This document shows, piece by piece, positions 17,728 to 27,763 of a stretch of DNA of 36,479 bases (position 1 is the stretch's first letter; each line of letters starts with the position of its first letter). The translations under genes were made by a program, and so were the position numbers. The notes under the pieces were generated by a model. The model was given only the letters and a program-made list of their open reading frames with translations, had not been told where the DNA came from and ran no database searches. Origin of the DNA: a virus; IMG/VR virus record IMGVR_UViG_3300045988_166466; one strand, written 5' to 3'.

Positions 17728-18194
17728 CGTTCCTTGCGGCGCGCGACGAGATCTACCGGCGCATGGCCAAGGTGGGCGACGCCTTCGCCGACCTCTACCC
17801 GGGCGTGCAGGAGCCGAAGGTATACGACGGGTTCCCCACGAGCGAGCCCCCGTTCTACATCGCCGTCGATTCCGTCGTGGACACCGCGGACATGGGCGGA
17901 CAGGCGACCAACGGCGCGGGCCAGCTCGACTTCACCGTCCACGTCCTCTGCTTCGCGCGCCACGCGGACCAGTCCACCGCCTCGGCGGCGCTCCTCTCCT
18001 ACGTGGACGCCGTGTTCAAGGCGGTCATGGCGGACCAGCGCCTCGCGAGGAGCGTTGACATCGCGTTCCCGTCCATCGAGGCGGCAGGGACGGCGCCCGA
18101 CAGCTCCAAGTACTACATGGCCGCTGCATCCGTGGGCGTGCAGTGCACCGTGTTCAGCAAGTGCCCGCAGGAGTTCAGGGAGGTAGTCAAGTGA
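17721..18194 (+). CDS. Putative neck/tail-completion protein
   Basis: Position only. Confidence 0.4.
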   Translation: MVTFLAARDEIYRRMAKVGDAFADLYPGVQEPKVYDGFPTSEPPFYIAVDSVVDTADMGGQATNGAGQLDFTVHVLCFARHADQSTASAALLSYVDAVFKAVMADQRLARSVDIAFPSIEAAGTAPDSSKYYMAAASVGVQCTVFSKCPQEFREVVK

Positions 18195-18349
18195 TCGCCA
18201 CCAAGGACGTCTCGGTGCTCTTCAACGGGCACCCGTATCGGTTCAAGAAGGGCGCTCAGGTCAAGGCGCCCGACGCCCTCGTGAGGGCGCTCAAGGAGCA
18301 GGGCGCGGTCAAGGCGTCCGCACGGAAGAAGGAGACCAGCGATGATTAA
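18191..18349 (+). CDS. Hypothetical small protein
   Basis: GTG overlapping the upstream stop. Confidence 0.3.
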   Translation: MIATKDVSVLFNGHPYRFKKGAQVKAPDALVRALKEQGAVKASARKKETSDD

Positions 18350-19355
18350 CGTTTCCATCGGCATGCTCGGCGTGGCGCTCAAGGACGGGGAGGCGCCGAG
18401 CACACCCACCATCAAGCACGGCCTCACCGGCGGCGGCCTCGTGAGCCCCGAGCGCAGCATCGACAACAAGGCCGTGGCGTGCGGCCTCCGCGCCAACGCG
18501 GCCAACGGCGCCTACGTCTCCGAGGTCAACATGGGCGTTGACTTCGAGACGCTCGCCTACGCCGACTCCTTCGCGCTCTACGCGCTCGCCGCCATGGGCA
18601 ACGTGGTCTCCACCCCCGTCGAGGGGAAGAGCGGCTACCACAAGCACGTCATCACCCTCGGCTCCGTCCTCCCCGAGCTGTCCTTCTGGGGCCAGATCGG
18701 CGACACCTCCGAGCAGACCGTGCACAAGGTTGACGGGTGCAAGGTGGACACGCTCGGCCTCTCCTTCGAGGGCAACGCCCCGCTCGACGTCAGCCTCACG
18801 GCCGCAGGAATCGACGCAACTCTCTTCCAGTCATGGAGCGACGTGGTGTCACCCTCCTGCTTCGACGGCTACTTCGTGCCCACGGACGGCACGTTCAAGC
18901 TCGACACCGCGAGTCAGACGCCCATCGAGGTCGTGGTCACGCAGGGCAACTTCGAGCTGTCCAACAACCTCGAGCCCAAGCGCGCCGCAGGTCAGGTCGT
19001 GCCGCGCCTCCTCGCCGAGGGCAAGCTCAACACCTCCGTCGCCATGACGGTCGTGCCGGAGGACTTCGAGCTCATGCGCAAGAACCTCACCGGCTCGGCG
19101 ACCGGCACCAAGGTCTCCTCGAAGATCGTCTACGGCTCCGCCGCGTGGCACTTCACGCACACCGACGACGAGAACTGCACGCTCGACGTCGAGTTCGGGA
19201 ACGTGCCGTGGAACTTCGAGATGCCCGAGGTAGACCCCGAGGGCAACGCCGCTGAGATCGAGTTCAGCGCAGATGACATCGGCATCGCCTCTGCGGACGG
19301 CACGCCCATCACCATCACCGTCGTAAACAAGGTCGAGTCCTACATCACCGAGTAA
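18342..19355 (+). CDS. Major tail (tube) protein
   Basis: About 337 aa, positioned before the chaperone and tape measure genes. RBS GAAGGAG. Confidence 0.65.
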   Translation: MINVSIGMLGVALKDGEAPSTPTIKHGLTGGGLVSPERSIDNKAVACGLRANAANGAYVSEVNMGVDFETLAYADSFALYALAAMGNVVSTPVEGKSGYHKHVITLGSVLPELSFWGQIGDTSEQTVHKVDGCKVDTLGLSFEGNAPLDVSLTAAGIDATLFQSWSDVVSPSCFDGYFVPTDGTFKLDTASQTPIEVVVTQGNFELSNNLEPKRAAGQVVPRLLAEGKLNTSVAMTVVPEDFELMRKNLTGSATGTKVSSKIVYGSAAWHFTHTDDENCTLDVEFGNVPWNFEMPEVDPEGNAAEIEFSADDIGIASADGTPITITVVNKVESYITE

Positions 19356-19365
19356 GGAGCACGAG

Positions 19366-19665
19366 ATGAAGTTCACCTTCAAGTTCACCCCCACCGACGG
19401 CGGCGAGGAGATCGTCATCCCCGGCGGGCGTCAGGCGCTTTGGGACGCACAGGACGAGGCGGTGGGCTGGCCCGAGCGCAAGACGAACCCGACGCGCCTC
19501 GACTTCGCGTGGGGCTACTTCGCGGCCAAGCGCGCCGGGAAGCTCGCCGAGCTCGGCGTCGAGGGCATGGAGGTCGAGGAGGCCATCGGCCATATCGCCG
19601 ACTACTTCGACATGCTCATCGATGACAACAAGCCCGACGCCCCTTTAGCCGTGAAGCCCGAGTAG
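19366..19665 (+). CDS. Tail assembly chaperone (gpG-like)
   Basis: About 99 aa, acidic, between the tube and tape measure genes. Confidence 0.5.
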   Translation: MKFTFKFTPTDGGEEIVIPGGRQALWDAQDEAVGWPERKTNPTRLDFAWGYFAAKRAGKLAELGVEGMEVEEAIGHIADYFDMLIDDNKPDAPLAVKPE

Positions 19666-19676
19666 CCCTGCTGGCC

Positions 19677-19847
19677 ATGGAGACGGGGTGCTCGCCGTAT
19701 GACCTAGCGAGGCTGTGCGACGAGTACCCCGTCGTGTTCGGCGAGTGGCTCGACCTCGTCATGGACGCCAAGGAGGGTCGGGCCAAGAAGGACGAGTGGG
19801 ACGCGCGCAGGGAGCGCGTCGGAAGGATATTCAGGCGCGGGAGGTAG
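19677..19847 (+). CDS. Small ORF in the -1 frame relative to the chaperone
   Basis: ATG 19677. The frame opens at 19650. Confidence 0.25.
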   Translation: METGCSPYDLARLCDEYPVVFGEWLDLVMDAKEGRAKKDEWDARRERVGRIFRRGR

Positions 19848-19849
19848 CG

Positions 19850-20281
19850 ATGAGGGGCGGTCTGCTCAGCATAGAGGCCAAGGGCCTCACCGAGACGATC
19901 AAGGCCCTCCGTGCCATCAACCGAGAGCTCCCTCGCGAGCTCAAGCGCGGCCTGAAGGAGGACGCCAAGCCCATCCTCGCCGACGCCCGCAGCAACGCCC
20001 AGTCCATCGCCTACTCGGGCGCGTACGCGTCGAGCATGGCCATGCGGGCCATGTCGAACGGCGTGCGCATCGTGAGCGACGACCCCGGCGCCGGGACCAT
20101 CGAGTTCGCGCACCGGGGCGCCTTCTACCTATCCGGGAGGCGCCGAGGCCTCCCGGTCGGCGTGCCCTCCGGCAACCCGCCCCGCGCCCTCGTGAGGGCC
20201 GTCCTCGACAACGAGGAGGACGTGAAGAGGGCCGTCGAGAGCCGCATCGAGCAGACCATAAGGAAGTACCTCAATGGGTAA
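19850..20281 (+). CDS. Hypothetical tail-module protein
   Basis: RBS GGGAGG. Confidence 0.5.
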   Translation: MRGGLLSIEAKGLTETIKALRAINRELPRELKRGLKEDAKPILADARSNAQSIAYSGAYASSMAMRAMSNGVRIVSDDPGAGTIEFAHRGAFYLSGRRRGLPVGVPSGNPPRALVRAVLDNEEDVKRAVESRIEQTIRKYLNG

Positions 20282-23200
20282 GGCAAGCATCTCCATCGCC
20301 ATATCCGGCTCCTACAACGGGTCGGCGGTAGAGCGGGCCGAGAAGTCGCTCGACCGGCTCGCGGTGAAGACCGCCGCCGCCGAGGGCTCGATGTCCAAGA
20401 GCTGGGTCGAGGCGGGCTCCAAGGCCGCAGAGCTGGGCGGCAAGATCTACAACCTCGGCGACTCGATGGAGCGGGCGGGCGACACGCTCACTCGCGGCCT
20501 GACGCTCCCGCTCGCGGCTGCGGGCGCAGGGGCCATCGCCGCCGCCACCGACTTCGACGCCGCAGGCTCCAAGATAGACGCCGCGTGCGGCGAGGCCACA
20601 AAGAGCGCCGAGGTGCTGAAGGAGGTCGGGAGCGGCCTCTACAAGGACGGGTGGGGCGAGTCGATGGACGCCATTGCGTCCTCGGCGATACGCGCGCGCG
20701 AGATCCTCGGCGACCTCTCGGAGACCGACATGAGCTACGCCATCGAGGGCGCGATGACCCTCGAGCAGGCGTATGGGAGCGACTTCGCCGAGAGCCTCAG
20801 GGGCGTGAACGTCCTCATGGACAAGTTCGGCCTCAGCGCGACCGAGGCGACCGACCTCATGGTCGCTGGAACCCAGCGTGGGCTCGACTACACCAAGGAG
20901 CTCGGCGACAACCTCTCGGAGTACTCCGGCCGCTGGGCCGACGCGGGCATGTCCGCGTCCCAGTACTTCTCGCTCCTCGAGGCGGGCGCGCAGGGCGGCG
21001 CGTACCAGCTCGACAAGGTCGGTGACTTCCTGAACGAGTTCCTGACCTCGCTCTCGGACGGGCGCATGGAGGAGGGCATCGCCCAGTTCTCGCAGGGCAC
21101 CCAGGCGACCTTCGAGTCCTTCAAGGAGGGCGGCGCCTCCGCTCAGGACGTGCTCAACGCCGTCGTGGGCGAGCTCGCCACCATGCCGGACGAGTACTCC
21201 AAGGCGCAGATAGCCTCCGAGCTGTGGTCCTCGCTCGGCGAGGACAACGCCATGTCCATGATCACGGCGCTCGCGGGCGTGGACGACACCTTCACGGACG
21301 TCGGCGGCGCGGCTCAGGACGCCGGTGACAAGATCAGCGACAACCTCGCGAACAAGGCGACCTCGGCGCTCAGGACTGCTCAGGAGGCGGCGCTGCCGTT
21401 CGCGTCCGTCGCTGTGGACGTCCTCGGCGACGTGGCCGACACCGCGAAGGGCGCCGCCGAGGGCTTCTCCGAGCTTGACGAGGGCACCCAGAACATGGTC
21501 GTGTCCGCAGGGCTGCTGGCTGCCGCCGCCGGTCCCGTCCTCTCCGTGGGCGGCCGCATCGTCAAGGGCGCTGGGTCGGTCGTGACGGCCTACGGCAGGG
21601 TCAAGCAGGAGATAGCGGTCTACGCGGACGCGCTCACCACCACCAACGCCGCCTCGCTCAAGGCGTATCAGGGCAACGAGAAGCTGGCGAAGGCCCTTGA
21701 GCGCAATCCCGCAGCCAAGGCGGCTGGCGGCGTGCAGCAGTACATCGACGCCGTCACCGACGCCAACAAGAAGACATCGGACTACAGCACGTCGGTCAAG
21801 AGGCTCGAGCGCGAGCAGCAGAAGGGCTCCAAGGCAAACACCGAGCTCGTAGAGAACCTCAAGAAGGAGGTCGCCGAGCGCAAGAGCGTGGCGGACGCGG
21901 CCAAGGGCACCGTCGAGGGCTACAAGGCATCGGCGGCGGCCGCGCAGACGAGCACCGCAGCCGTCACCGCCCAGAGCGTCGCCATGAAGGCCGCAGCGGT
22001 CGCCGGGACCGCGCTCAAGGCTGTCCTCGCGACCGCCATACCCGTGCTCGCCATCACCGCCATAACCTCGCTGGTCTCCTACTTCCAGCAGGCCGACGAG
22101 AAGGCGCGGACGTTCACCGCCGCGACCGAGGGCCTCACCTCGGCGACCGAGAAGGGCGTGAGCGCGTCCAACGCGGGGGCGGAGGCGCTTGAGGGCTACG
22201 GCCAGTCGGCTGGCGTCGCCAAGGTGGACGTCGATGAGATGCTCGAGTCCCAAGCACAGCTCGCCGAGACCATCAGCGACACCAACGTCTCCGCGTCAGC
22301 CCAGATGGCCCAGCTTCAGCAGGCGTACTCGACCATCCAGCAGTACGCAAACCAGTCCGACCTGTCCACCGACGCGCAGGCGCGCCTCAAGACCGCCGTC
22401 GAGACCGTGAACGACCTGTGCGGCACGCAGATAGAGGTGACGGACGCGGCCAACGGCGCCCTGTCCGACGAGAACGGCGCGATTCAGGACGTGACCGCGT
22501 CGCTCGGCGCGTACATCGACCAGAAGATGCAGCAGATCCAGATCGACGCGCAGCAGCAGAACCTCTCCGCGCTCTATCAGCAGCAGGCCGAGGACATCAC
22601 CGCGCTCACTCAGGCGCAGCAGGCGTACAACGACAAGCAGCAGGAGCGCGACGAGTACATCGAGAACTACATAAGCCGATACGGCCAGTACTCGCAGAAC
22701 GCCGAGGAGGCCGCAGAGCTCGCGTGGCAGAACGCCCTCGCCAACTCGGACGAGGCGAAGGCCGTGGAGGAGGCGCAGGCGGCGCTCGACGCGTGCAACA
22801 CCTCCATCGACAACGTCTCTTCCTCCATGAGCGCTCAGGCGGCGATAGCGGAGGGCAGCTCCACGAGCATGCGGAACATGGTCCTCGCGAGCTCGACGGT
22901 ATCCACGGCCATGAACGCCGTCGGCGGGGACATCAACGACTTCGCCACGGACCTGAGCAACGCGGGCGTGTCCGTGTCAACCTTCCGGAGCCTCAGCGAC
23001 GAGCAGCTCGCCCAGCTCGTGGCGTCTTGGGACGGCACCTCAGAGAGCATCGTCACGACGCTCGACGGCATGGGCGTGGAGATGGGGGACGCGGGGCTCA
23101 ACGCTGCCACCGCCCTCGCGAACGGCATGGCGAGCGGGCAGGTGGACGTGGACTCCGCCACGAGCATCCTCAAGGCCGCCGCAACGGGCGACTGGTCGAG

Positions 23201-24359
23201 CGTCTCGTCCCAAATGAGCAGCGCGGGCATCAGCCTCCCGCAGAGCGTGGCGGACGGCATCACATCCAACAGCTTCACCGCATCCGGCGCCACCAACACC
23301 ATGCTGTCCATGATCGCCCTACAGCTTACGGGCGGGGACGTCCCGGCCGCCGCGCAGCTGCTCGGCCACGACATCGACCAGGGCCTCGCCGACGGCATCG
23401 CCAACGGCACGCTCTCAGACGAGCAGGCGGCGCTCCTCGGCGAGGACGTCATCAACCGGGCCAAGGACACGCTTGAGTCGCACTCGACCTCTCAGGCCTT
23501 CTACCGCATAGGCTCGGACGTGGACGCGGGCCTGTCCCTCGGCATCAGCGGCAACACCTCCGGCCCGCTCGGGGCGATAGGGCAGCTCGGACAGTCCCTC
23601 ATCGATCGCATCAGCGGGCTCCCGGGAGAGGCGCAGGCGACCGGAAGCGGGGCGTCCGGCGGCCTGTCCGCAGGCCTCGCGGCGGGCGTCGGCTCCGTCG
23701 CCGCAAGCGCGCTGAGCCTCGCGAGCTCCGCGTCGTCTGGCGTCGCGGGGACTCCGTCCGACCTTTCCGGCAAGGGCCGCAGCGCATCCAGCAACTTCGC
23801 CAGCGGCATCGGCTCCGGCGTCGGCGCAACCCGCACAAGCGCCGACAGGCTCTCGAGCGCGGCCTCGAGCATGGGCGGCGGGGACTCGTGGACGTGGGGC
23901 TCGCACCTCGCGAGCAACTTCGCTAACGGCATCAGCGCCGGAATCAGCTGGGTCTCGAGCGCGGCCGCGAGCATCGCCCAGGCGGCGAAGAACGCCATCG
24001 GCTTCTCCGTCCCGAAGGAGGGGCCGTGGTCCGGAAGGGAGAAGGGCGGCGAGACCTCGGGCCTCCACCTCGCGCAGAACTTCGCGCGCGGCATGCTATC
24101 CGGGGCGCCCGCCGTCTCGTCGGCGGCGCGGGCACTCATGGGCAGCGCCGCGCTCACCGGCTCCGCGACATACGGCACCGCCGCGTCTCAGGCCCGGGCC
24201 ACCGGGCAATCTCGCGATGACGTTATCGTCCTGCTGACGGAGCTCATCGGCGAGGTGTCGGCCCTCCGGGCGGAGCTAGGCCCCACCATCGCCGACTACT
24301 CGCCCTCGTTCCCGACCGAGCGGCAGGCCAAGAGGAAGGTGCAGGAGTGGACTCGCTGA
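20274..24359 (+). CDS. Tape measure protein (1361 aa)
   Basis: Length, Ala/Gly/Ser-rich repetitive helical composition, and position. Confidence 0.9.
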   Translation: MGKASISIAISGSYNGSAVERAEKSLDRLAVKTAAAEGSMSKSWVEAGSKAAELGGKIYNLGDSMERAGDTLTRGLTLPLAAAGAGAIAAATDFDAAGSKIDAACGEATKSAEVLKEVGSGLYKDGWGESMDAIASSAIRAREILGDLSETDMSYAIEGAMTLEQAYGSDFAESLRGVNVLMDKFGLSATEATDLMVAGTQRGLDYTKELGDNLSEYSGRWADAGMSASQYFSLLEAGAQGGAYQLDKVGDFLNEFLTSLSDGRMEEGIAQFSQGTQATFESFKEGGASAQDVLNAVVGELATMPDEYSKAQIASELWSSLGEDNAMSMITALAGVDDTFTDVGGAAQDAGDKISDNLANKATSALRTAQEAALPFASVAVDVLGDVADTAKGAAEGFSELDEGTQNMVVSAGLLAAAAGPVLSVGGRIVKGAGSVVTAYGRVKQEIAVYADALTTTNAASLKAYQGNEKLAKALERNPAAKAAGGVQQYIDAVTDANKKTSDYSTSVKRLEREQQKGSKANTELVENLKKEVAERKSVADAAKGTVEGYKASAAAAQTSTAAVTAQSVAMKAAAVAGTALKAVLATAIPVLAITAITSLVSYFQQADEKARTFTAATEGLTSATEKGVSASNAGAEALEGYGQSAGVAKVDVDEMLESQAQLAETISDTNVSASAQMAQLQQAYSTIQQYANQSDLSTDAQARLKTAVETVNDLCGTQIEVTDAANGALSDENGAIQDVTASLGAYIDQKMQQIQIDAQQQNLSALYQQQAEDITALTQAQQAYNDKQQERDEYIENYISRYGQYSQNAEEAAELAWQNALANSDEAKAVEEAQAALDACNTSIDNVSSSMSAQAAIAEGSSTSMRNMVLASSTVSTAMNAVGGDINDFATDLSNAGVSVSTFRSLSDEQLAQLVASWDGTSESIVTTLDGMGVEMGDAGLNAATALANGMASGQVDVDSATSILKAAATGDWSSVSSQMSSAGISLPQSVADGITSNSFTASGATNTMLSMIALQLTGGDVPAAAQLLGHDIDQGLADGIANGTLSDEQAALLGEDVINRAKDTLESHSTSQAFYRIGSDVDAGLSLGISGNTSGPLGAIGQLGQSLIDRISGLPGEAQATGSGASGGLSAGLAAGVGSVAASALSLASSASSGVAGTPSDLSGKGRSASSNFASGIGSGVGATRTSADRLSSAASSMGGGDSWTWGSHLASNFANGISAGISWVSSAAASIAQAAKNAIGFSVPKEGPWSGREKGGETSGLHLAQNFARGMLSGAPAVSSAARALMGSAALTGSATYGTAASQARATGQSRDDVIVLLTELIGEVSALRAELGPTIADYSPSFPTERQAKRKVQEWTR

Positions 24360-25168
24360 CATACACCGGGTCGGGCGGCGCCCTGTCGTTCGACCTCGTG
24401 AAGCTCATACGCCTCGGAGAGGGAGACCCGCTGAGGTCGCGCGCGTGGTCGCGCACGCTCGGCTACCGCTCCCTCTCCAACCTCTCGCGGCCCGCCAAGG
24501 AGGTCACGATGCAGGTAAGCGCCACGCCCGAGGCTGCCGATGAGGCCCGCAGAGTGTTCGAGGCCGACATGGCCGCGAACTCCCCGGGCGTCATCGACCT
24601 CAACGGCTGGACGCAGCGCGCTCTCGTGCCTGAGTCCTCCAACGAGGTGCTCAGGCCGTCGCGCGTGCAGCTCACCCTCACCGTGGCCCTGCTCGACGGG
24701 GTGTGGCGCAGGGAGCACCTGACCCACTTCATGCCGCTCGACCTCCCGCTCGACACGGGAGAGGGCAAGGGCTACCCGCACGGCTACCCCTACGCATACG
24801 GCGTTGTCTCCACGCCCAAGAGCCTCACGCAGCCCGGGTACCTCCCGGCGCCCTGCAAGCTCGTCATCTTCGGGCCGGTCTCCTCGCCGTCCATCACGAT
24901 CGGCGGCAACGTGTACGCCTACGAGGGGGACGTGCCGTCGGGCGCCTACCTCACGATAGACGGCGTGGCCAAGACCGCCGTGCTCACATCGCAGCATGGC
25001 TCGTCCACCAACGCCATGCCCGGTCTCGTGCTCGGCACGGGCGAGGGCTCCGGCGAGTACGCCTTCGAGCCGGTGAAGCCGGGAATCCAGCCACTGAGCT
25101 GGAACGGCGCGTTCGGCTTCGACGCGTACCTGTACGAGGAGGAGGGAGAGGTGCCGTGCTGCTCGTGA
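24347..25168 (+). CDS. Distal tail protein (Dit-like)
   Basis: Position directly after the tape measure gene. GTG start. Confidence 0.55.
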   Translation: MDSLTYTGSGGALSFDLVKLIRLGEGDPLRSRAWSRTLGYRSLSNLSRPAKEVTMQVSATPEAADEARRVFEADMAANSPGVIDLNGWTQRALVPESSNEVLRPSRVQLTLTVALLDGVWRREHLTHFMPLDLPLDTGEGKGYPHGYPYAYGVVSTPKSLTQPGYLPAPCKLVIFGPVSSPSITIGGNVYAYEGDVPSGAYLTIDGVAKTAVLTSQHGSSTNAMPGLVLGTGEGSGEYAFEPVKPGIQPLSWNGAFGFDAYLYEEEGEVPCCS

Positions 25169-26121
25169 TCGCATCCACGGACATGACCAAGCGCCTCGCC
25201 ACCGAGGACTTCGAGCTGGACCTCGAGATGGGGCTCGGCACGGACAACGACTTCGAGCTGACCACGCCCGAGAGGGTCTACGGTATGGAGGCCGTGTTCT
25301 TCCCCGGCACTGAGTACGGCGGCGTCGTTGACGAGGACGAGCCGGTCATGGGCGACGGCGGCGAGAGCGTCTCCTACCACGGCGTCACGTGGACCGGCGT
25401 CCTCGACCAGAACGTCACGCGGCCGCCGAGCGGCCAGTCGCACCTCGCCGTCTCCGGCACCGCCGAGGAGTGCATCTCCGCGCTCCTCTCGTCGTGCGGG
25501 GTTGGCGCACCGTTCGCGGTCCCCGAGGGGGAGACGGGCTCGGTGTCCTACACCGTCCCGCGCTTCGCAACGCTCTACGAGGCCATCGTCGGCGCGCTCT
25601 CCTCGGCGGGCCTAGCCCTCGGGATGGAGTGCGCGGACGGCGAGGTGAGGCTCTACGCCAAGGCCCCGGCGACCATAGACGAGACGCAGGGCGTCGGCTT
25701 CGACGCCAAGCGCGGGTACCGGCCCGTCAACCACCTCGTGGTGCTGGGCAAGGGCGAGATGCAGGAGCGCGAGGTCATCGACCTGTACGCGGACGATGAG
25801 GGCAACGTCTCGACCACCCAGAGCATCTTCGGCCTCGCGCACCGCTCCGAGGTCTACGAGCTGTCAAGCAGCGAGGGCGACGAGCTCAGGTCTGGCGGCG
25901 AGAAGAAGCTCCGGGAGTATCAGGAACAGAGGGACTCCGTCAAGATCACCGTCCCGGAGGGCGTGGACGTCTCCATCGGCGACACGCTCTCGGCGACCTC
26001 TCCGAAGTACGGCATCCGTGCGAGCGCGAGGGTCACGGGCGTCGTGGTCGAGGCTTCGGCCGGTACGGTGTCGGTCACGCCGAGGACCGACGGCGACATA
26101 GAAGTGAAGGACTACGAATAG
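25156..26121 (+). CDS. Tail tip/baseplate (Tal-like) protein
   Basis: Position. GTG after GGAGGGAG. Confidence 0.5.
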   Translation: MLLVIASTDMTKRLATEDFELDLEMGLGTDNDFELTTPERVYGMEAVFFPGTEYGGVVDEDEPVMGDGGESVSYHGVTWTGVLDQNVTRPPSGQSHLAVSGTAEECISALLSSCGVGAPFAVPEGETGSVSYTVPRFATLYEAIVGALSSAGLALGMECADGEVRLYAKAPATIDETQGVGFDAKRGYRPVNHLVVLGKGEMQEREVIDLYADDEGNVSTTQSIFGLAHRSEVYELSSSEGDELRSGGEKKLREYQEQRDSVKITVPEGVDVSIGDTLSATSPKYGIRASARVTGVVVEASAGTVSVTPRTDGDIEVKDYE

Positions 26122-26129
26122 GAGTCGAA

Positions 26130-26357
26130 ATGGGAAAGATCGAGGGAATCACGGAGTGGGAGTGCGACCGCTGCGGCGAGAAGCACTTCGCGCCCAAGGG
26201 CGACAGCTACGTGAAGGAGTGGGGCCAGCCCAAGCGCATCAACTCGTCCCTTGACGAGGCGACGTGCACGCTCTGCCCGACGTGCCTGAGCGAGTACAAG
26301 ATGCTCGTGGCCGCGCACGACAAGGACTTCGCCAGCTTTCTGAAGGGAGAGAAGTAG
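26130..26357 (+). CDS. Small Zn-ribbon protein (CxxC...CxxC)
   Basis: RBS TAGGAG. Lies directly upstream of the receptor-binding protein gene. Confidence 0.45.
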   Translation: MGKIEGITEWECDRCGEKHFAPKGDSYVKEWGQPKRINSSLDEATCTLCPTCLSEYKMLVAAHDKDFASFLKGEK

Positions 26358-27152
26358 ATGGAGATCATCACCGCAGGGGACGGCACCGCCCACGTCAGCT
26401 CGGCGGACGACGGCACCATCTACGCAGGAATCGCGGGCAACGAGTGCTACGTGACCGGCGTCGGCGACAGGCTCTCGTGCACCATGCAGGGCGCCAACAC
26501 GGCTCTGTTGGGCACCGGCGTCGGCATCATGTACGGCCGCGCCTTCCGCGTGGCCATGCCCGAGGAGGTGACGATACAGTCCGGCACCCAGTCACAGCGC
26601 CGAAACGACGTGATCTGCGCCCACTTCACCACATCCTCCGAGGGCCACGAGTCCGGCGAGCTCGTCGTGCTCAAGGGCACGCCGACCTCCGGGCAGGAGG
26701 CGGAAGACCCCGAGATCCCGTCGGGCGACATCCTCGAGGGCGCGACCGAGGCGTACATGCCGCTGTGGCGCATCCCGCTCGACGGCATCAACGTGGGAGA
26801 GCCGGAGGCGATGTTCGACGTCCTCATGTCCATGAGCGAGCTTCAGGGTGAGATCGCTGAGGTCCGGGATTCCGTATCCCAGATGCGACGTGTGTTCTCG
26901 GGCTCGAAGGTCATCACGCTCAACAACGCAGGATACGGGACGTTCCTCACCGACTCTGAGTACCGCTCCGTGGTCGGAAGGAGCTTCGACCAGGCGTCCG
27001 ACTGCGTGTATGCGATGAACGGCGACGTCGACGCTGTGAACGCGCCGGTGAAGGGCACGAGCTACGTCCCGTCATCAAAGACCATAATCTTCTCCCTCGA
27101 CAGCGCGCGCTCGGGAAAGATCAGGATTAACTACCTAATCGTCGCACGATAG
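26358..27152 (+). CDS. Receptor-binding protein / tail fibre. Constant N-terminus (to about 26869) plus the currently expressed C-terminal cassette C0 (26870..27152)
   Basis: RBS GAAGGGAGAG and position after Dit/Tal. The in-frame crossover core TTCCGTATCCCA at 26870-26881 encodes ..D-SVSQ.. Confidence 0.65.
   Translation: MEIITAGDGTAHVSSADDGTIYAGIAGNECYVTGVGDRLSCTMQGANTALLGTGVGIMYGRAFRVAMPEEVTIQSGTQSQRRNDVICAHFTTSSEGHESGELVVLKGTPTSGQEAEDPEIPSGDILEGATEAYMPLWRIPLDGINVGEPEAMFDVLMSMSELQGEIAEVRDSVSQMRRVFSGSKVITLNNAGYGTFLTDSEYRSVVGRSFDQASDCVYAMNGDVDAVNAPVKGTSYVPSSKTIIFSLDSARSGKIRINYLIVAR
26870..26881 (+). repeat. Site R0: shufflon crossover core TTCCGTATCCCA inside the receptor-binding protein gene (in frame)
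   Basis: Exact 12-mer shared with R1, R2, R4, R5, R6 and R7. Confidence 0.85.
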
Positions 27153-27166
27153 CTTTCCGTATCCCA
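27150..27166 (+). repeat. Site R1: TAG-CTTTCCGTATCCCA
   Basis: The stop codon of the receptor-binding protein gene forms the first 3 nt. Confidence 0.9.
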
Positions 27167-27437
27167 ACAACCCAGAATCATCATCGGCACCGGCATATGG
27201 ACGGCCTCAGCAGGAAGCGACAGGCTCACGCTCTGGACGAGAGAGCAGTTCACGGATAAGTTCGGGGCGCCGTTCAACAACACATACGACTGCCTCGCCG
27301 CGATGAACGGAGACGCCGCCGCGCAGGGCAACGCGAAGGTGCTCGGATGCTGGTACGAATCAGGCACGATAGGATGCCACCTGAGTGGGCATGCTACCGG
27401 CGTCATCCGAATAAACTACGCCATATTCCTTCATTGA
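27153..27437 (+). CDS. Silent alternative C-terminal cassette C1 (promoterless, in frame after the site)
   Basis: Opens with LSVSQ and ends ..GVIRINYAIFLH*, paralogous to the tail of C0 (..IRINYLIVAR*). Confidence 0.7.
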   Translation, partial: LSVSQQPRIIIGTGIWTASAGSDRLTLWTREQFTDKFGAPFNNTYDCLAAMNGDAAAQGNAKVLGCWYESGTIGCHLSGHATGVIRINYAIFLH

Positions 27438-27454
27438 CGGCTTTCCGTATCCCA
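27435..27454 (+). repeat. Site R2: TGA-CGG-CTTTCCGTATCCCA
   Basis: Read directly. Confidence 0.9.
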
Positions 27455-27749
27455 TGAGATTGCACAAGGCTGCGTCTGTATGGCGACGGGGGCCATAGCC
27501 ACCGTGTGCGTCGACTTCGTTGCGTCAAACCCTGCAGGGTCGTATACCGCGCTCGGCACGCTGCCTGATGGCGTGGTCCCCGCAGAGACGGCTCTTGGCT
27601 CGTACAACGCCGCGCTGGCCTTCAGGGGCTCAGCATCAGGCGGCCAGTCGGGCATGATCACCGTTAACACAGAGACCCGCGGCGTGACGATATGGACCTC
27701 AACAGCCGATAAGTACTATACGGGCAGCGTGACATTCCCCGTGCGATAG
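27438..27749 (+). CDS. Silent alternative C-terminal cassette C2
   Basis: In frame after R2 and ends at TAG. Includes ORF 27480..27749. Its tail ..TIWTSTADKYYTGSVTFPVR is paralogous to C6. Confidence 0.7.
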   Translation, partial: RLSVSHEIAQGCVCMATGAIATVCVDFVASNPAGSYTALGTLPDGVVPAETALGSYNAALAFRGSASGGQSGMITVNTETRGVTIWTSTADKYYTGSVTFPVR

Positions 27750-27763
27750 CATTCCGTATCCCG
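27747..27763 (+). repeat. Site R3 (variant): TAG-CATTCCGTATCCCG
   Basis: 11 of 12 core positions are identical. Confidence 0.8.
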
